DNA of 64,000 nucleotides from an archaeon (GTDB lineage Archaea; Nanobdellota; Nanobdellia; Woesearchaeales; GW2011-AR9): NCBI GenBank assembly GCA_023265925.1, contig JAHFSD010000001.1, positions 3,309 to 67,308 of the forward strand, read 5' to 3'. Shown piece by piece: positions 55,798 to 64,000 of this stretch (position 1 is its first letter; each line of letters starts with the position of its first letter). The notes under the pieces were generated by a model. It saw only the letters and a program-made list of their open reading frames with translations, ran no database searches and was not told where the DNA came from. The position numbers and the translations under genes were made by a program.

Positions 55798-56073
55798 GCT
55801 TTTTAATCTTTACTCCATCTCGTTAGCTCAACAACCGAAAAGCTTCCGTTAATCTCCATCTTCCTGGATGAAAAATCATGAGAAAAAATAAAGCAGGAAT
55901 TAAATGGCGAAAACTGAGAAACTTCCACCTGGATTATTCAGACTAACGCCCGTCAGGCGGAGCAAGAGCGGTCCTGATGATTGGTAGTGATCGTATCTTC
56001 TGCCGTATAACAATTCCTTTCCTACTGTTCCACCATCACAATCAATTTAAACCATCCTTTTTCACCCACGGCC

Positions 56074-57081
56074 ATGATCATTGGGGTGACCGGGAAATAC
56101 GCTGCCGGGAAGGATGCGGTTGCTGAAATTCTGCAGAAGATGAATTTTAGGCATGTTTCTTTCTCGGATCTGCTGCGGGAAGAACTGAAGAAGCGCGGCG
56201 AGGACATTACCAGGCAGAAATTGATTGACATCGGCAATGAATTGCGGCATGACTTTGGTGCCGATGTGCTGGCCGCCCAGGCGCTGCAGAAGGTGGAAGA
56301 TGGGGAGAATTTTGTGTTCACCTCGATCCGCAACCCGGCGGAAGTGAAATTGCTGCAGAACCGGAAAGATTTTCTGCTGGCCAACGTCACCGCTGCCGAT
56401 AAAGTGCGGTTAGAACGGCTGAAGAAACGAAACCGGGAACAGGATCCAAAAACTATCCAACAGCTGCGGGAAAAAGAGGCCCAGGAAAACAGCAACGATC
56501 CGGCGGCACAGCAACTGGATGCCGTAGCCAAGATCGCCAAGGCCGTTCTCAGAAATGATTCCTCTCTGGAAGTGCTGCAGGAGAAAGTGGAAAAGCTGGT
56601 GGCAGACTGGATGTTCAAGCTGCAGGATGCCCGGCCGGACTGGGATCATTATTTCATGAACATTGCCCAGCAGGTGAAGATGAGATGCAACTGCATGTCG
56701 GCAAAGAAAGGAGCTATCGTTGTCAAAGATAAAATGATTCTTTCGACGGGCTATAATGGCTCGCCCAAAGGCATTACGCACTGTACTACCGGCAGCTGTC
56801 CGCGCTGCACGGCTAGGCATCTGGGGAAAATCAAGTCCGGTGTCTTCTCAGAACCCTGCATCTGCTGCCATGCGGAAGAAAACGCCATTGTGCAGGCCGC
56901 CTATAACGGAACAAGCACCAAAGGGGCGGTGATTTACACCACTTTTACACCTTGTACCAGCTGTGCCAAGATGATCATCAATGCCGGACTGAAGGAAGTT
57001 ATTGCCTTAGTGACCTATCCGGATGATATTGGGACGAAATTGCTGAAAGAGGCTGGGATAAGGCTAAGGGTGTTGAAGTAG
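56074..57081 (+). CDS. fusion protein: P-loop (dephospho-CoA kinase/dNMP kinase-like) domain + dCMP deaminase
   Basis: The N-terminal P-loop is GVTGKYAAGKD. The C-terminal half has deaminase zinc motifs HAEENAI and PCTSCAKMI. Confidence 0.85.
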   Translation: MIIGVTGKYAAGKDAVAEILQKMNFRHVSFSDLLREELKKRGEDITRQKLIDIGNELRHDFGADVLAAQALQKVEDGENFVFTSIRNPAEVKLLQNRKDFLLANVTAADKVRLERLKKRNREQDPKTIQQLREKEAQENSNDPAAQQLDAVAKIAKAVLRNDSSLEVLQEKVEKLVADWMFKLQDARPDWDHYFMNIAQQVKMRCNCMSAKKGAIVVKDKMILSTGYNGSPKGITHCTTGSCPRCTARHLGKIKSGVFSEPCICCHAEENAIVQAAYNGTSTKGAVIYTTFTPCTSCAKMIINAGLKEVIALVTYPDDIGTKLLKEAGIRLRVLK

Positions 57082-57291
57082 ATGGGAAGGAGCAATCTTT
57101 TCACCTTTCATTTCTAAATATTGCCGTGCAGAAAAAGGAAGAAAACGGGAATTCTGCATAAGCGCATTGATGAACTTGGTATGCTGTGAGCCCCACTCCT
57201 GATCGGAATGAGTACGCACAAATTCGGCCCAGTAGTCGACGAAATGCATCCGTGCTTCCCGATTGTCTGCGGAGGATTTAAGTCTTTCCAT
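57064..57291 (-). CDS. hypothetical small protein
   Basis: 75 aa, directly downstream of the frameshifted NTase gene. No firm motif. Confidence 0.35.
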   Translation of the reverse strand: MERLKSSADNREARMHFVDYWAEFVRTHSDQEWGSQHTKFINALMQNSRFLPFSARQYLEMKGEKIAPSHLLQHP

Positions 57292-57741
57292 AAGTCAATT
57301 CTATTAATTCTTTATACTTTTTAATTCTTTCGCTGGAAATTTGCGGTTTAAACAGTTGTTCGAGATGGCGGGCATCTTCGAGATCCTTGTCGGACTTTAA
57401 ATAATACTTTTTAAAGGCGATTTGCCGCTCGAGAGAAGAGACGCGCAGGGAACCGGCAGTGGTCTCCACGATGAGATCATCATCGAAAATCTCATCATCG
57501 ATCCGCTTTACGGCGAACTTTACCTCAAAATTAGGGATGGTCTCCCCGCTTCGGGCAAAGCGGATAGCGATACATCCACGTCTTCCGTTCCTCTTGACCT
57601 GCCCAGTAAGATAGCGACGTAACCACTAATAATAACGTAGTCGGTGTACTTTTCAAGAATACGCACAAACTGCAGGACCAGCAGATCCAGGTCATTCAGT
57701 TGTTTAGAAAGCCTGATGGTTCGCTCACCGATAAATTCCAT
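57278..57741 (-). pseudogene. frameshifted nucleotidyltransferase-family gene
   Basis: The N-terminal ORF (57520-57741) ends ..ISGYVAILLGRSRGTEDVDV then runs out of frame into a stop. A second frame is open from ~57610 (..IAIRFARSGETIPNFEVKF..) into ORF 57278-57469 (..SLERQIAFKKYYLKSDKDLEDARHLEQL..). A 1-nt shift near 57560-57575 restores one ~150-aa protein. Confidence 0.55.
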
Positions 57742-58173
57742 ATCAGCCCTGAAATTGGTTGAACATTAAAAACTTATCGGATAATTTCCAGCACCTTTTC
57801 CCGGCTGTTTAATCCCGACCAAGTTGATGATGTGCTGGTTGAGGTTGATGGATAATCTTCACCAGATAGACTTTCATAACGACCGCCAGAAGCCGGAACA
57901 GGGAGCAGACGGAGAAGTGACGGACGTAAAAATCCCAGACGAGGCAGAATCAGCGGTGTCAGACAAAAGAGAAGCATCGCTCGGTGCCGTAACCAAGAGA
58001 GAACTGACTACTAACACCAATAGTACCAAAGTCACCGTCTTTTTCATGGTCTTCTCTAAGTAATATGTTGCTTCTTTTAAACGTTTTCCCCCCTGGTATA
58101 AAGAAAGCTGGAAATTGCTGGTGAGGTCGGAAGCCCAGTGTGCACGAGCTGCAGTACGTCCTGCGGCCGGACC

Positions 58174-58340
58174 TTAACGGTGAAACGGTTCGGGTGGATG
58201 GGCCGCGTGCGGTTCCTGATGAAGGGTATTGACTAAATACACCCGCAGCCAAGAAAGGAAGAGGAGGAAGGCGGCAGCATTGATGACCGTAAAAACAGTT
58301 GGCTGGGTGAGGAAAAAGCGCTGAAAGTAGGAGAGACCGA
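58174..58340 (-). pseudogene. start-less relic of the C-terminus of a paralogue of membrane protein 59469-60323
   Basis: Hand translation gives ..FQRFFLTQPTVFTVINAAAFLLFLSWLRVYLVNTLHQEPH..*. The intact protein ends ..IRKFLIASPSWSLALDIIIFLLFLAWLRVYLVGTIEQPEL*. Confidence 0.6.
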
Positions 58341-58910
58341 TTAAGAAATTAGCTTTATTCCATCCTTGAGTATTCCTTTTACGACCGGGTCTCTTTTATT
58401 CCGGTAAAAGGAACCTTTCTCAAAATAGTGCACTTCGACCTTTTTCTGATAGATCCGTTCCAGCTTCTTGACGAGATTCTTGATCTTCTCAGGAGGCCTC
58501 CATCCCGAGGGGTGCAACAGGGCAATATCCACATCTGATTTATCGGTGTAAACCAACTTTGCATAAGAGCCAAACAAGAATACCCCTATTCCCTTGATGC
58601 TCGACAGAGGAGCGATCAAATCGACAAGAAGATAATAGACATCCAAAGGTAATTCCCGTAATTCCCGGTATTGCTTCTGGCACAGTTCCAGAATCTTTTT
58701 ACCAGAGGCATTCTCGAAATTGATTGAATAATATTTTCCCTCCCGTCGTAAAACGCCGGAGCTGAGCAGCAAGGATAAAGCTTTATCCAGCGGAACATTA
58801 TGAAGTCTGGTACGCCGCTTTAATTCCGTGCGATTGAACCGTGAGCCGGGGGAAAGGCCAAAGAGGGAAAGGATCTTAAAACAATCCTGGTTGAACAGCG
58901 GGCTGATCAT
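58341..58910 (-). CDS. nucleotidyltransferase with N-terminal wHTH domain
   Basis: It has the NTase motif VFLFGSYAKLVYTDKSDVDIALL and an N-terminal wHTH-like region (FNRTELKRRTRLHNVPLDKALSLLLSSGVL). Confidence 0.75.
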   Translation of the reverse strand: MISPLFNQDCFKILSLFGLSPGSRFNRTELKRRTRLHNVPLDKALSLLLSSGVLRREGKYYSINFENASGKKILELCQKQYRELRELPLDVYYLLVDLIAPLSSIKGIGVFLFGSYAKLVYTDKSDVDIALLHPSGWRPPEKIKNLVKKLERIYQKKVEVHYFEKGSFYRNKRDPVVKGILKDGIKLIS

Positions 58911-59398
58911 GATTTCTCACCCAGAAGAAAGTTCAGCTTAGCCAGGAAGGGCTGCACGATCTCGCTCAGGAAAGCCTGGGCACGTTTCCGGTATTCCTGC
59001 TCCATGAATGTCGTGCCCGTATAATATTGCGACTTTACCCGTTCCTTCTTGGCCTCCGCTAAGTCGTTGGCCATCGTGATAAATTCCTCATACCCTTTCT
59101 CCATTAAATTCAATAATTCCTTATCCTGCAGTACTTCCTGCAGAACTTTGATAGTGGTAGAATGGACCTCCATTTCAATCTTCAGCCGAAACTGTTTGGC
59201 GATGAACAGTTTGGTCCGGTCATGCATCGCATAGTATCCGGAAATAATGCTCCAGCGGGGAAAGGCCTCCATTACTGCCTGACTGTGATTAAAGTTATCC
59301 TGAGAAGAGTGCTCAAAGAAATTGAGGTAGCGATCGAGCTCCAGTTCACCAATGCGGCGGACTTTCCCTTCCTGCATTAAAATCTCAATTTTTACCAT
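58907..59398 (-). CDS. HEPN-like protein
   Basis: 163-aa helical protein with SIISGYYAMHDRTKLFIAKQF. It overlaps the downstream NTase gene by 4 bp. Confidence 0.55.
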   Translation of the reverse strand: MVKIEILMQEGKVRRIGELELDRYLNFFEHSSQDNFNHSQAVMEAFPRWSIISGYYAMHDRTKLFIAKQFRLKIEMEVHSTTIKVLQEVLQDKELLNLMEKGYEEFITMANDLAEAKKERVKSQYYTGTTFMEQEYRKRAQAFLSEIVQPFLAKLNFLLGEKS

Positions 59399-59468
59399 AT
59401 TTGTGGTAGAAAAATGTTCTTATTTAAATACTTTACCATTTTATTGGTATTAAAAGTACCAACTAGCC

Positions 59469-60323
59469 TTACAGTTCAGGTTGCTCAATCGTCCCCACCA
59501 GATACACCCGCAGCCAGGCCAGGAAGAGCAGGAAGATAATGATATCCAGAGCCAATGACCAAGAAGGAGAGGCAATCAAAAATTTTCTTATGGGAATGAT
59601 CATGGCGGTCAGAATTAACCCGGTTACTGTAGCCAAGAGCTGAAGCCGCCAGAGGCTGGACCAGTACACTCGCAGACTATGCAACGCCTCTCCAATCGCT
59701 GCCCAGGCCTTGTCTTTTTGTATAAAATGATAATAGGTTAGAAAAAGGATCAGTAAAAAAAACACCATCAGCATAAAGCTCATACCATTATTCAAAGCTT
59801 GCTGCAGCCAATTCAAGAGTAGACTCTGCTGAAAGTAGAGTGTAGGACTGGCGGTAATCAGGGATTTCACCATAAATGACCAGGTAATTTTGATCATGAA
59901 GGCTATAACACTATACGACAGGACCGGAGCAATAAGAACCAAATGCAGCAGGTTCCAATGCCAAAAATGGTTTAGGCTAAATGGTTTATGCAGGAGATAA
60001 CTCCAGAGCCGACCTTGGGTAAAAGAATAAAACAGAAAAGTAAATAGCACCGAAAGGAGTATTGTTCCGATAAAGAAGATGAGCAATGATTTTAATTGAG
60101 TCAGCAAGGGCACGAGCTGATCAGGAGAGGTGCTCAGGAGTTGCTGAATTTCTTCCGTCGTTCTCCCCCCGGTAAGGACATATATTTTCTGTTGAAAATA
60201 ATTCCCGAGGCGCAAAAATAGAGTAATGACAATGGAAAAATAAATAAGATCAAGAAAAAAACTTCGCCAGAAATCTTTTCCTAGTGAAAAGGATCGAAGA
60301 TACTGCTGGAAGGCATTCATCAC
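59469..60323 (-). CDS. integral membrane protein (unknown function)
   Basis: 284 aa with about seven hydrophobic helices. Confidence 0.65.
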   Translation of the reverse strand: MMNAFQQYLRSFSLGKDFWRSFFLDLIYFSIVITLFLRLGNYFQQKIYVLTGGRTTEEIQQLLSTSPDQLVPLLTQLKSLLIFFIGTILLSVLFTFLFYSFTQGRLWSYLLHKPFSLNHFWHWNLLHLVLIAPVLSYSVIAFMIKITWSFMVKSLITASPTLYFQQSLLLNWLQQALNNGMSFMLMVFFLLILFLTYYHFIQKDKAWAAIGEALHSLRVYWSSLWRLQLLATVTGLILTAMIIPIRKFLIASPSWSLALDIIIFLLFLAWLRVYLVGTIEQPEL

Positions 60324-60450
60324 GGGGAAGAAAGGGGAATCCCTTTAAAAATGGTATGGTACTCATTGCGTGGATGCACCATAGATTAGTACGCCTAAGC
60401 CAACAGCAATGCCGGCACCAAGGAGGATTGGTCCGGTAGATCTGGTGGGG

Positions 60451-60501
60451 TCCTGAAGCGGCTTCTCTCCACGACGGCAGCGGGGGGAAGCCGCTTCAGG
60501 A
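60451..60501. other. perfect 15-bp-stem hairpin in a divergent intergenic region
   Basis: TCCTGAAGCGGCTTC (60451-60465) pairs with GAAGCCGCTTCAGGA (60487-60501) around a 21-nt G/C-rich loop. Confidence 0.7.
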
Positions 60502-60669
60502 TACTAGAGTATTATCATTTTCAAAATAGGGGTTGTAGGATGCATAATTATAGATAATTCTGCGGGATATATGACAAGTATAAGCAGTTTATCGATGAAT
60601 AATTCTGCAAAAATGTCATGAAAACAACAGAATTATCTATATATAAATGTTTACTCCCAAAGAAAAAGT

Positions 60670-61002
60670 ATGCTAGAAATCATTTTTAAGGACAGAAATA
60701 GAATTTTTTCCGGAATAACTCTGTTAGTGACAGCTAGTTGTAGTGGTCTTTCTCATTATCAACCAGCCATACCTCTTCAGTATAAAGAACAGTGTAACTC
60801 TCAAAATTATTTATTTTTATCAATTGAAAAACCAAGGATAATTAATGCACCAGGAACAAAAGAATATACCCCTCAATCAGAAGAGGAAATTGGCAATAGG
60901 CAGCAAATGGCAGGATGGTGTACTGCTGGCGGTATATCTACCGCTTTTTTAGGCAAAGCCGGTTTTAGCGAACCAAGAGATACAAACCATCCAAGGCTAT
61001 GA
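60670..61002 (+). CDS. possible small lipoprotein
   Basis: 110 aa with a lipobox-like ITLLVTASCSG. Its 3' end overlaps the convergent gene 60965-61645 by 38 nt, which lowers confidence. Confidence 0.4.
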   Translation: MLEIIFKDRNRIFSGITLLVTASCSGLSHYQPAIPLQYKEQCNSQNYLFLSIEKPRIINAPGTKEYTPQSEEEIGNRQQMAGWCTAGGISTAFLGKAGFSEPRDTNHPRL

Positions 61003-61645
61003 GGGCACCACCGCCAATCATCAGGTAGCCAAAGGCAGGAATGTCTTGCTGGCAGTTGTTATTCTCGCAGACAGTTATCGGCTGGGCACCTAACACCATC
61101 AGCATTCCCCCTACCAATAAATCTGCTATCCCCCAATAGTAATCACTGTCTTTCTTTCGTGAAGAAATCGGTGAAGTTGATGTATCTGACTGGGAAAGTG
61201 CACTTGGTGATGGTGTTGGTGCAGCCGGCTGCAGGTACGGCGGTCTTTCTCCCGGTGTTTGTGGTTGAGTTTGCTGCGGATCAATATAATATGCTCCCGG
61301 CAACCCCACCTTTTTTTGCTGCTGAGATGAGGGTAGAGATGCTGGCGTTGACGGGGATGATGAGCTTTGACTTCTGGCCCGTGCCGCTTCCACCGCCTGA
61401 GCATAGACAGAACTTTTTCTGATTTCAAGAATGATATCGAGGGAATCCTGGCCAAGGGGCTTTCCGTCACGATGGTAAATAGTGCCGGACGGATCGGTGC
61501 AGTAGAGCGTATCTTTTATGCCCATTCCCCCGACAATCTTCAGCGGACAGGGATCAGCTATGGACTGCGCTCCTGCTGGTGAAGAAAAGCCAATAGTGGC
61601 AGCAACAATGAGGGATTCCAGCAAGCTTATTTTGGGGGAAGGCAT
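60965..61645 (-). CDS. secreted protein with Ser/Pro/Gln-rich linker and C-terminal membrane anchor
   Basis: It has a signal peptide (LLESLIVAATIGFSSPAGA), a low-complexity SSSSPSTPASLPSSQQQ...PQQTQPQTP stretch, and hydrophobic segments at the C-terminus. Confidence 0.6.
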   Translation of the reverse strand: MPSPKISLLESLIVAATIGFSSPAGAQSIADPCPLKIVGGMGIKDTLYCTDPSGTIYHRDGKPLGQDSLDIILEIRKSSVYAQAVEAARARSQSSSSPSTPASLPSSQQQKKVGLPGAYYIDPQQTQPQTPGERPPYLQPAAPTPSPSALSQSDTSTSPISSRKKDSDYYWGIADLLVGGMLMVLGAQPITVCENNNCQQDIPAFGYLMIGGGALIALDGLYLLVR

Positions 61646-61739
61646 AGCTCCTCAAAGCAGGCGGAGTATATAAACTTTTCTTTACTTAGAGATAAGAACA
61701 GGGAAAGATTTAAATAGAACCGCTCCTGGTGAGAGAAAC

Positions 61740-62243
61740 ATGTCCCCTGAAGAAGCTCGTTCCTTTGGTAAAAGCCTACTCCTTTCCGCCGCACTGGCGA
61801 TCGGCTGTAGCGGCCCGACCGTCTATGCCCGGCAAGACTATGAGCAGTATCCGGCACATAAAAAAGAGATTGCGCTGGATAACCTGCGTCAGATTGCCGG
61901 TAATTTCTGTGTTCAAAGCGGACCTCGCTCTACGCGGTATCCACATTGTTACGAAATGACCCTTGACGAAAGAAAGATAGATTACGTGGAACAAAATTGT
62001 GCCCGATGGGGTTACTATGCCATCCAGGGTCAAACAGTGGAAAGTTGCCAGCAGAAAACGAACAGAAGCGAAAGCATTTACTGGTATACCATCCGAAAAA
62101 TAGTTCCGGGGTGGCAGATTGAGGGAGGGTATAACGTAAAAATATGCGGTGAAGGGAGAACGTGTAGTACCATTACCGGATTTCGAGATCAGCGGCAGGC
62201 AGCAGATTTTGCCGAAGCTATGGCAGTATATTTGAAGGAATAA
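61740..62243 (+). CDS. small exported lipoprotein-like protein, paralogue A
   Basis: Its lipobox-like LSAALAIGCSGPT, then RQDYEQYP..KEIALDNLRQIAGNFC and C-terminal AADFAEAMAVYLKE, parallel the next gene. Confidence 0.6.
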   Translation: MSPEEARSFGKSLLLSAALAIGCSGPTVYARQDYEQYPAHKKEIALDNLRQIAGNFCVQSGPRSTRYPHCYEMTLDERKIDYVEQNCARWGYYAIQGQTVESCQQKTNRSESIYWYTIRKIVPGWQIEGGYNVKICGEGRTCSTITGFRDQRQAADFAEAMAVYLKE

Positions 62244-62282
62244 AAATTCCAACCATCGCCAGCGGTGGGGTAGCAAAAACAA

Positions 62283-62657
62283 ATGAAATCTACAATGCTT
62301 TCAACGATACTTACATTAAGTTGTGCTGGCCCCACCCTGGCTACGCGAGACTATAATATCTACCCCGAGCGCCGGCCGGAAATTGCTTATCAGAACCTGC
62401 AGAAAATATTGGGTGAGCTCTGCCAGGATTTCCAGATAACTCCCGACGGTTTCCATTGCCGGCAGGTAACCGGCACCGGTCATTTCCAGTGGGAGGAAAT
62501 CGAGCAGGTGCGTTGCCTCGATACTGCCGTGGAAATCACGGGCAAATATGATTCTTTTACCATCTGGGTGCACGGCCCCGTCTGGGAAGACCATCACCGG
62601 CAATGTGATGATTTGGAAGAAGCCCTGAACATTTATCTGAAGGAAAGAAAAAAATAG
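62283..62657 (+). CDS. small exported lipoprotein-like protein, paralogue B
   Basis: It has ILTLSCAGPT, TRDYNIYP..PEIAYQNLQKILGELC, and C-terminal CDDLEEALNIYLKE. Its stop is 2 bp from the stop of the convergent large gene. Confidence 0.6.
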   Translation: MKSTMLSTILTLSCAGPTLATRDYNIYPERRPEIAYQNLQKILGELCQDFQITPDGFHCRQVTGTGHFQWEEIEQVRCLDTAVEITGKYDSFTIWVHGPVWEDHHRQCDDLEEALNIYLKERKK

Positions 62658-62659
62658 GA

Positions 62660-64000
62660 TTACCAATCTTCATTTCTGCCCACTTGCCCACCAGATACTG
62701 TCGAAGGCGGAACTTCACGGCCGGCACGTTCAAAGTTCACTTCCCCGGCCGTCGACGTCACGACGGTAAAGCAGACATCTCCTACTGGCTCTCCCGCTGT
62801 TTCACGGGCAGCAGCTACTACAGGAACAAGATTCCAGCCGCTGGCTCCGGCCATTGACCTCGGCGGTTGGTGCCACTTGATGCACGCTTCCTGATATTCC
62901 CTGGGAGAATATTTAACAATGACATCACGATCCTGCTGGCCATTTTTGAGGGTTACCGGGCTCTGCGTATTCCCCTCTAAATTATACAAAGGGATGGCAC
63001 CGGCGCTCACCTGGTTATCCTCAATAGTATCAATGTAGACGTTGAATGATACCGCTATGCCATTTTCATCTCTCAGCGGCGTAAAAGTTTCATCTCTCGG
63101 TGCCGAGACGCCCCAGGTTATCTTGTAAAAGAATCCTTCCAGAAGCGTATCTTCATCCGGCTCGCCATCGTCGTCAGCATCCTTGTAGCAGAAATTATCA
63201 TCAACACAGACCTGCCCCTTGCTGCAGGTGAATTCTTCTTCTGCTTCCTCGTCCGGATTGCGGTAGCATAACAAAGGTGATTTCTTACTGGAACGTTCCA
63301 TCTGGATGCTGGCAACAGCCTGATACGTTCCGCTCGCAGTTTTAATCACTGCCACTCCTTCCGGCTCGATGTCGTAATGACTCTCACATATTGCCGAAGG
63401 GATCCAATTGCTGCCAAGCAGAGGGGCGAAGGCCTGGTCTGCCTTTCGCTGCCAATTTTGGTACCAGTCGGTGCCGCCAAAAAACAGGTTGCTTAATGCC
63501 GGGTAGGATTTAATGGAATTGGTGATGGCATAGATGGATTGAAGGCCTATTTGAATCTTGCCAGCATAGCCTTCGGTGTATTCCTTAATTTCATCAATGG
63601 TTTTTTTGTTGGTGGATAAGCATTCACCACTACATTCCCCCCCATTTTTAAGAAATCTACCAGTATATCCCCCTTTCCCATCTTGTTCTGCTGAAATGAT
63701 AGTATCCTTATCTAATTTCACGCCTTCAAACCGCCCGCTGGCCGGATTGAACAATTCTACCCTTTCTAACTCTCGGTCTGCTCCCGTTCCTGTATAATCG
63801 TAATCGGCTAAATACTGCCGTCCATCATTTTGGGTAAGAGTTCCCCCAGTGGGAATGAAACAGCCGTTACTCTGATCTTTACAGTTACCATTATTCTTAT
63901 GATCTCCTTTCTTATAATAATCCCCCTCTAATTGCTGGGTCTCACCAGTTTTGATGTTGATGACAGTCTGTGTTTCCAGCTCAAAATCTGTTACGGTGGT
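62660..64000 (-). CDS. C-terminal part of a large secreted Cys-containing protein (5' end outside the window)
   Basis: I hand-checked that the minus-strand frame stays open from the track start (TTG at 63754) to base 64000 (..TTVTDFELETQTVINIKTGETQQLEGDYYKKGDHKNNGNCKDQSNGCF..). It has paired Cys and acidic stretches. No recognised family. Confidence 0.7.
   Translation of the reverse strand, partial: TTVTDFELETQTVINIKTGETQQLEGDYYKKGDHKNNGNCKDQSNGCFIPTGGTLTQNDGRQYLADYDYTGTGADRELERVELFNPASGRFEGVKLDKDTIISAEQDGKGGYTGRFLKNGGECSGECLSTNKKTIDEIKEYTEGYAGKIQIGLQSIYAITNSIKSYPALSNLFFGGTDWYQNWQRKADQAFAPLLGSNWIPSAICESHYDIEPEGVAVIKTASGTYQAVASIQMERSSKKSPLLCYRNPDEEAEEEFTCSKGQVCVDDNFCYKDADDDGEPDEDTLLEGFFYKITWGVSAPRDETFTPLRDENGIAVSFNVYIDTIEDNQVSAGAIPLYNLEGNTQSPVTLKNGQQDRDVIVKYSPREYQEACIKWHQPPRSMAGASGWNLVPVVAAARETAGEPVGDVCFTVVTSTAGEVNFERAGREVPPSTVSGGQVGRNEDW

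Noticed and set aside
56022-56618. 198-aa ORF (-)
   Set aside because: It is antisense to the kinase-dCMP deaminase fusion, which has clear motifs. The product is a low-complexity Ser/Phe/Cys-rich sequence.
57874-58047. 57-aa minus-strand ORF with a signal-peptide-like N-terminus (MKKTVTLVLLVLVVSSLLVTAPS...)
   Set aside because: It is below the ORF cut-off and sits in a region of apparent gene decay next to the relic terminus. It has no supporting motif or partner. It may be real, but I cannot support it.
1-64000. Search for CRISPR arrays, cas genes, rRNA genes, integrases and transposases
   Set aside because: I saw no regularly spaced direct repeats and no rRNA-like conserved stretches. 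No ORF had recombinase or transposase motifs (DDE, tyrosine recombinase R..H..R..Y, or serine recombinase).

Overview
This 64-kb window reads as an archaeal chromosome segment. It carries archaeal-type Spt5/NusG-SecE, FtsZ, ThrRS with the archaeal N-terminal editing domain, TFS, Bud32, a GINS-like protein, a Sec11-type signal peptidase, and a tRNA with two introns. Small, tightly packed genes and many exported or unknown proteins suggest a DPANN-like lineage, but that is inference only. Housekeeping blocks are secE-spt5-ftsZ-FKBP-cmk, thrS, mutL, and a dTMP block of tmk-folA-thyA plus a kinase-dCMP-deaminase fusion. Between them sit visibly more AT-rich accessory islets. These hold about eight toxin-antitoxin-like pairs (RelE x2, DUF4258 + ZnF-AbrB, DUF2283 pair, HEPN/nucleotidyltransferase x2 plus one frameshifted copy, AbiEi-like), a Fic enzyme, a Ski2-like helicase and an ArmA/Rmt-family 16S rRNA methyltransferase homologue. 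I found no rRNA, CRISPR array, cas gene, transposase or integrase. The most unusual locus is 33956-38813, which is bracketed by 53-bp direct repeats. It contains a 741-aa secreted Cys-rich protein, a tightly convergent exported partner gene, a start-less orphan copy of only the last ~110 aa of the big protein, and a paralogue of the partner. This resembles polymorphic-toxin/immunity or silent-cassette loci but matches no family I recognise. A second locus (60670-64000) has the same convergent architecture. Other notable items are a tRNA-Gly(CCC) with a canonical intron and a 97-nt T-loop intron, and an intron-related module repeated at 46.7 kb. There is also a 164-bp MITE-like element with 8-bp target-site duplication, a ~900-bp ORF-poor structured region, and two cassettes (Fic, HEPN/NT) flanked by decayed duplicates of host gene 3' ends. 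All calls come from reading the sequence and ORF translations. No searches were run, and family assignments rest on remembered motifs.
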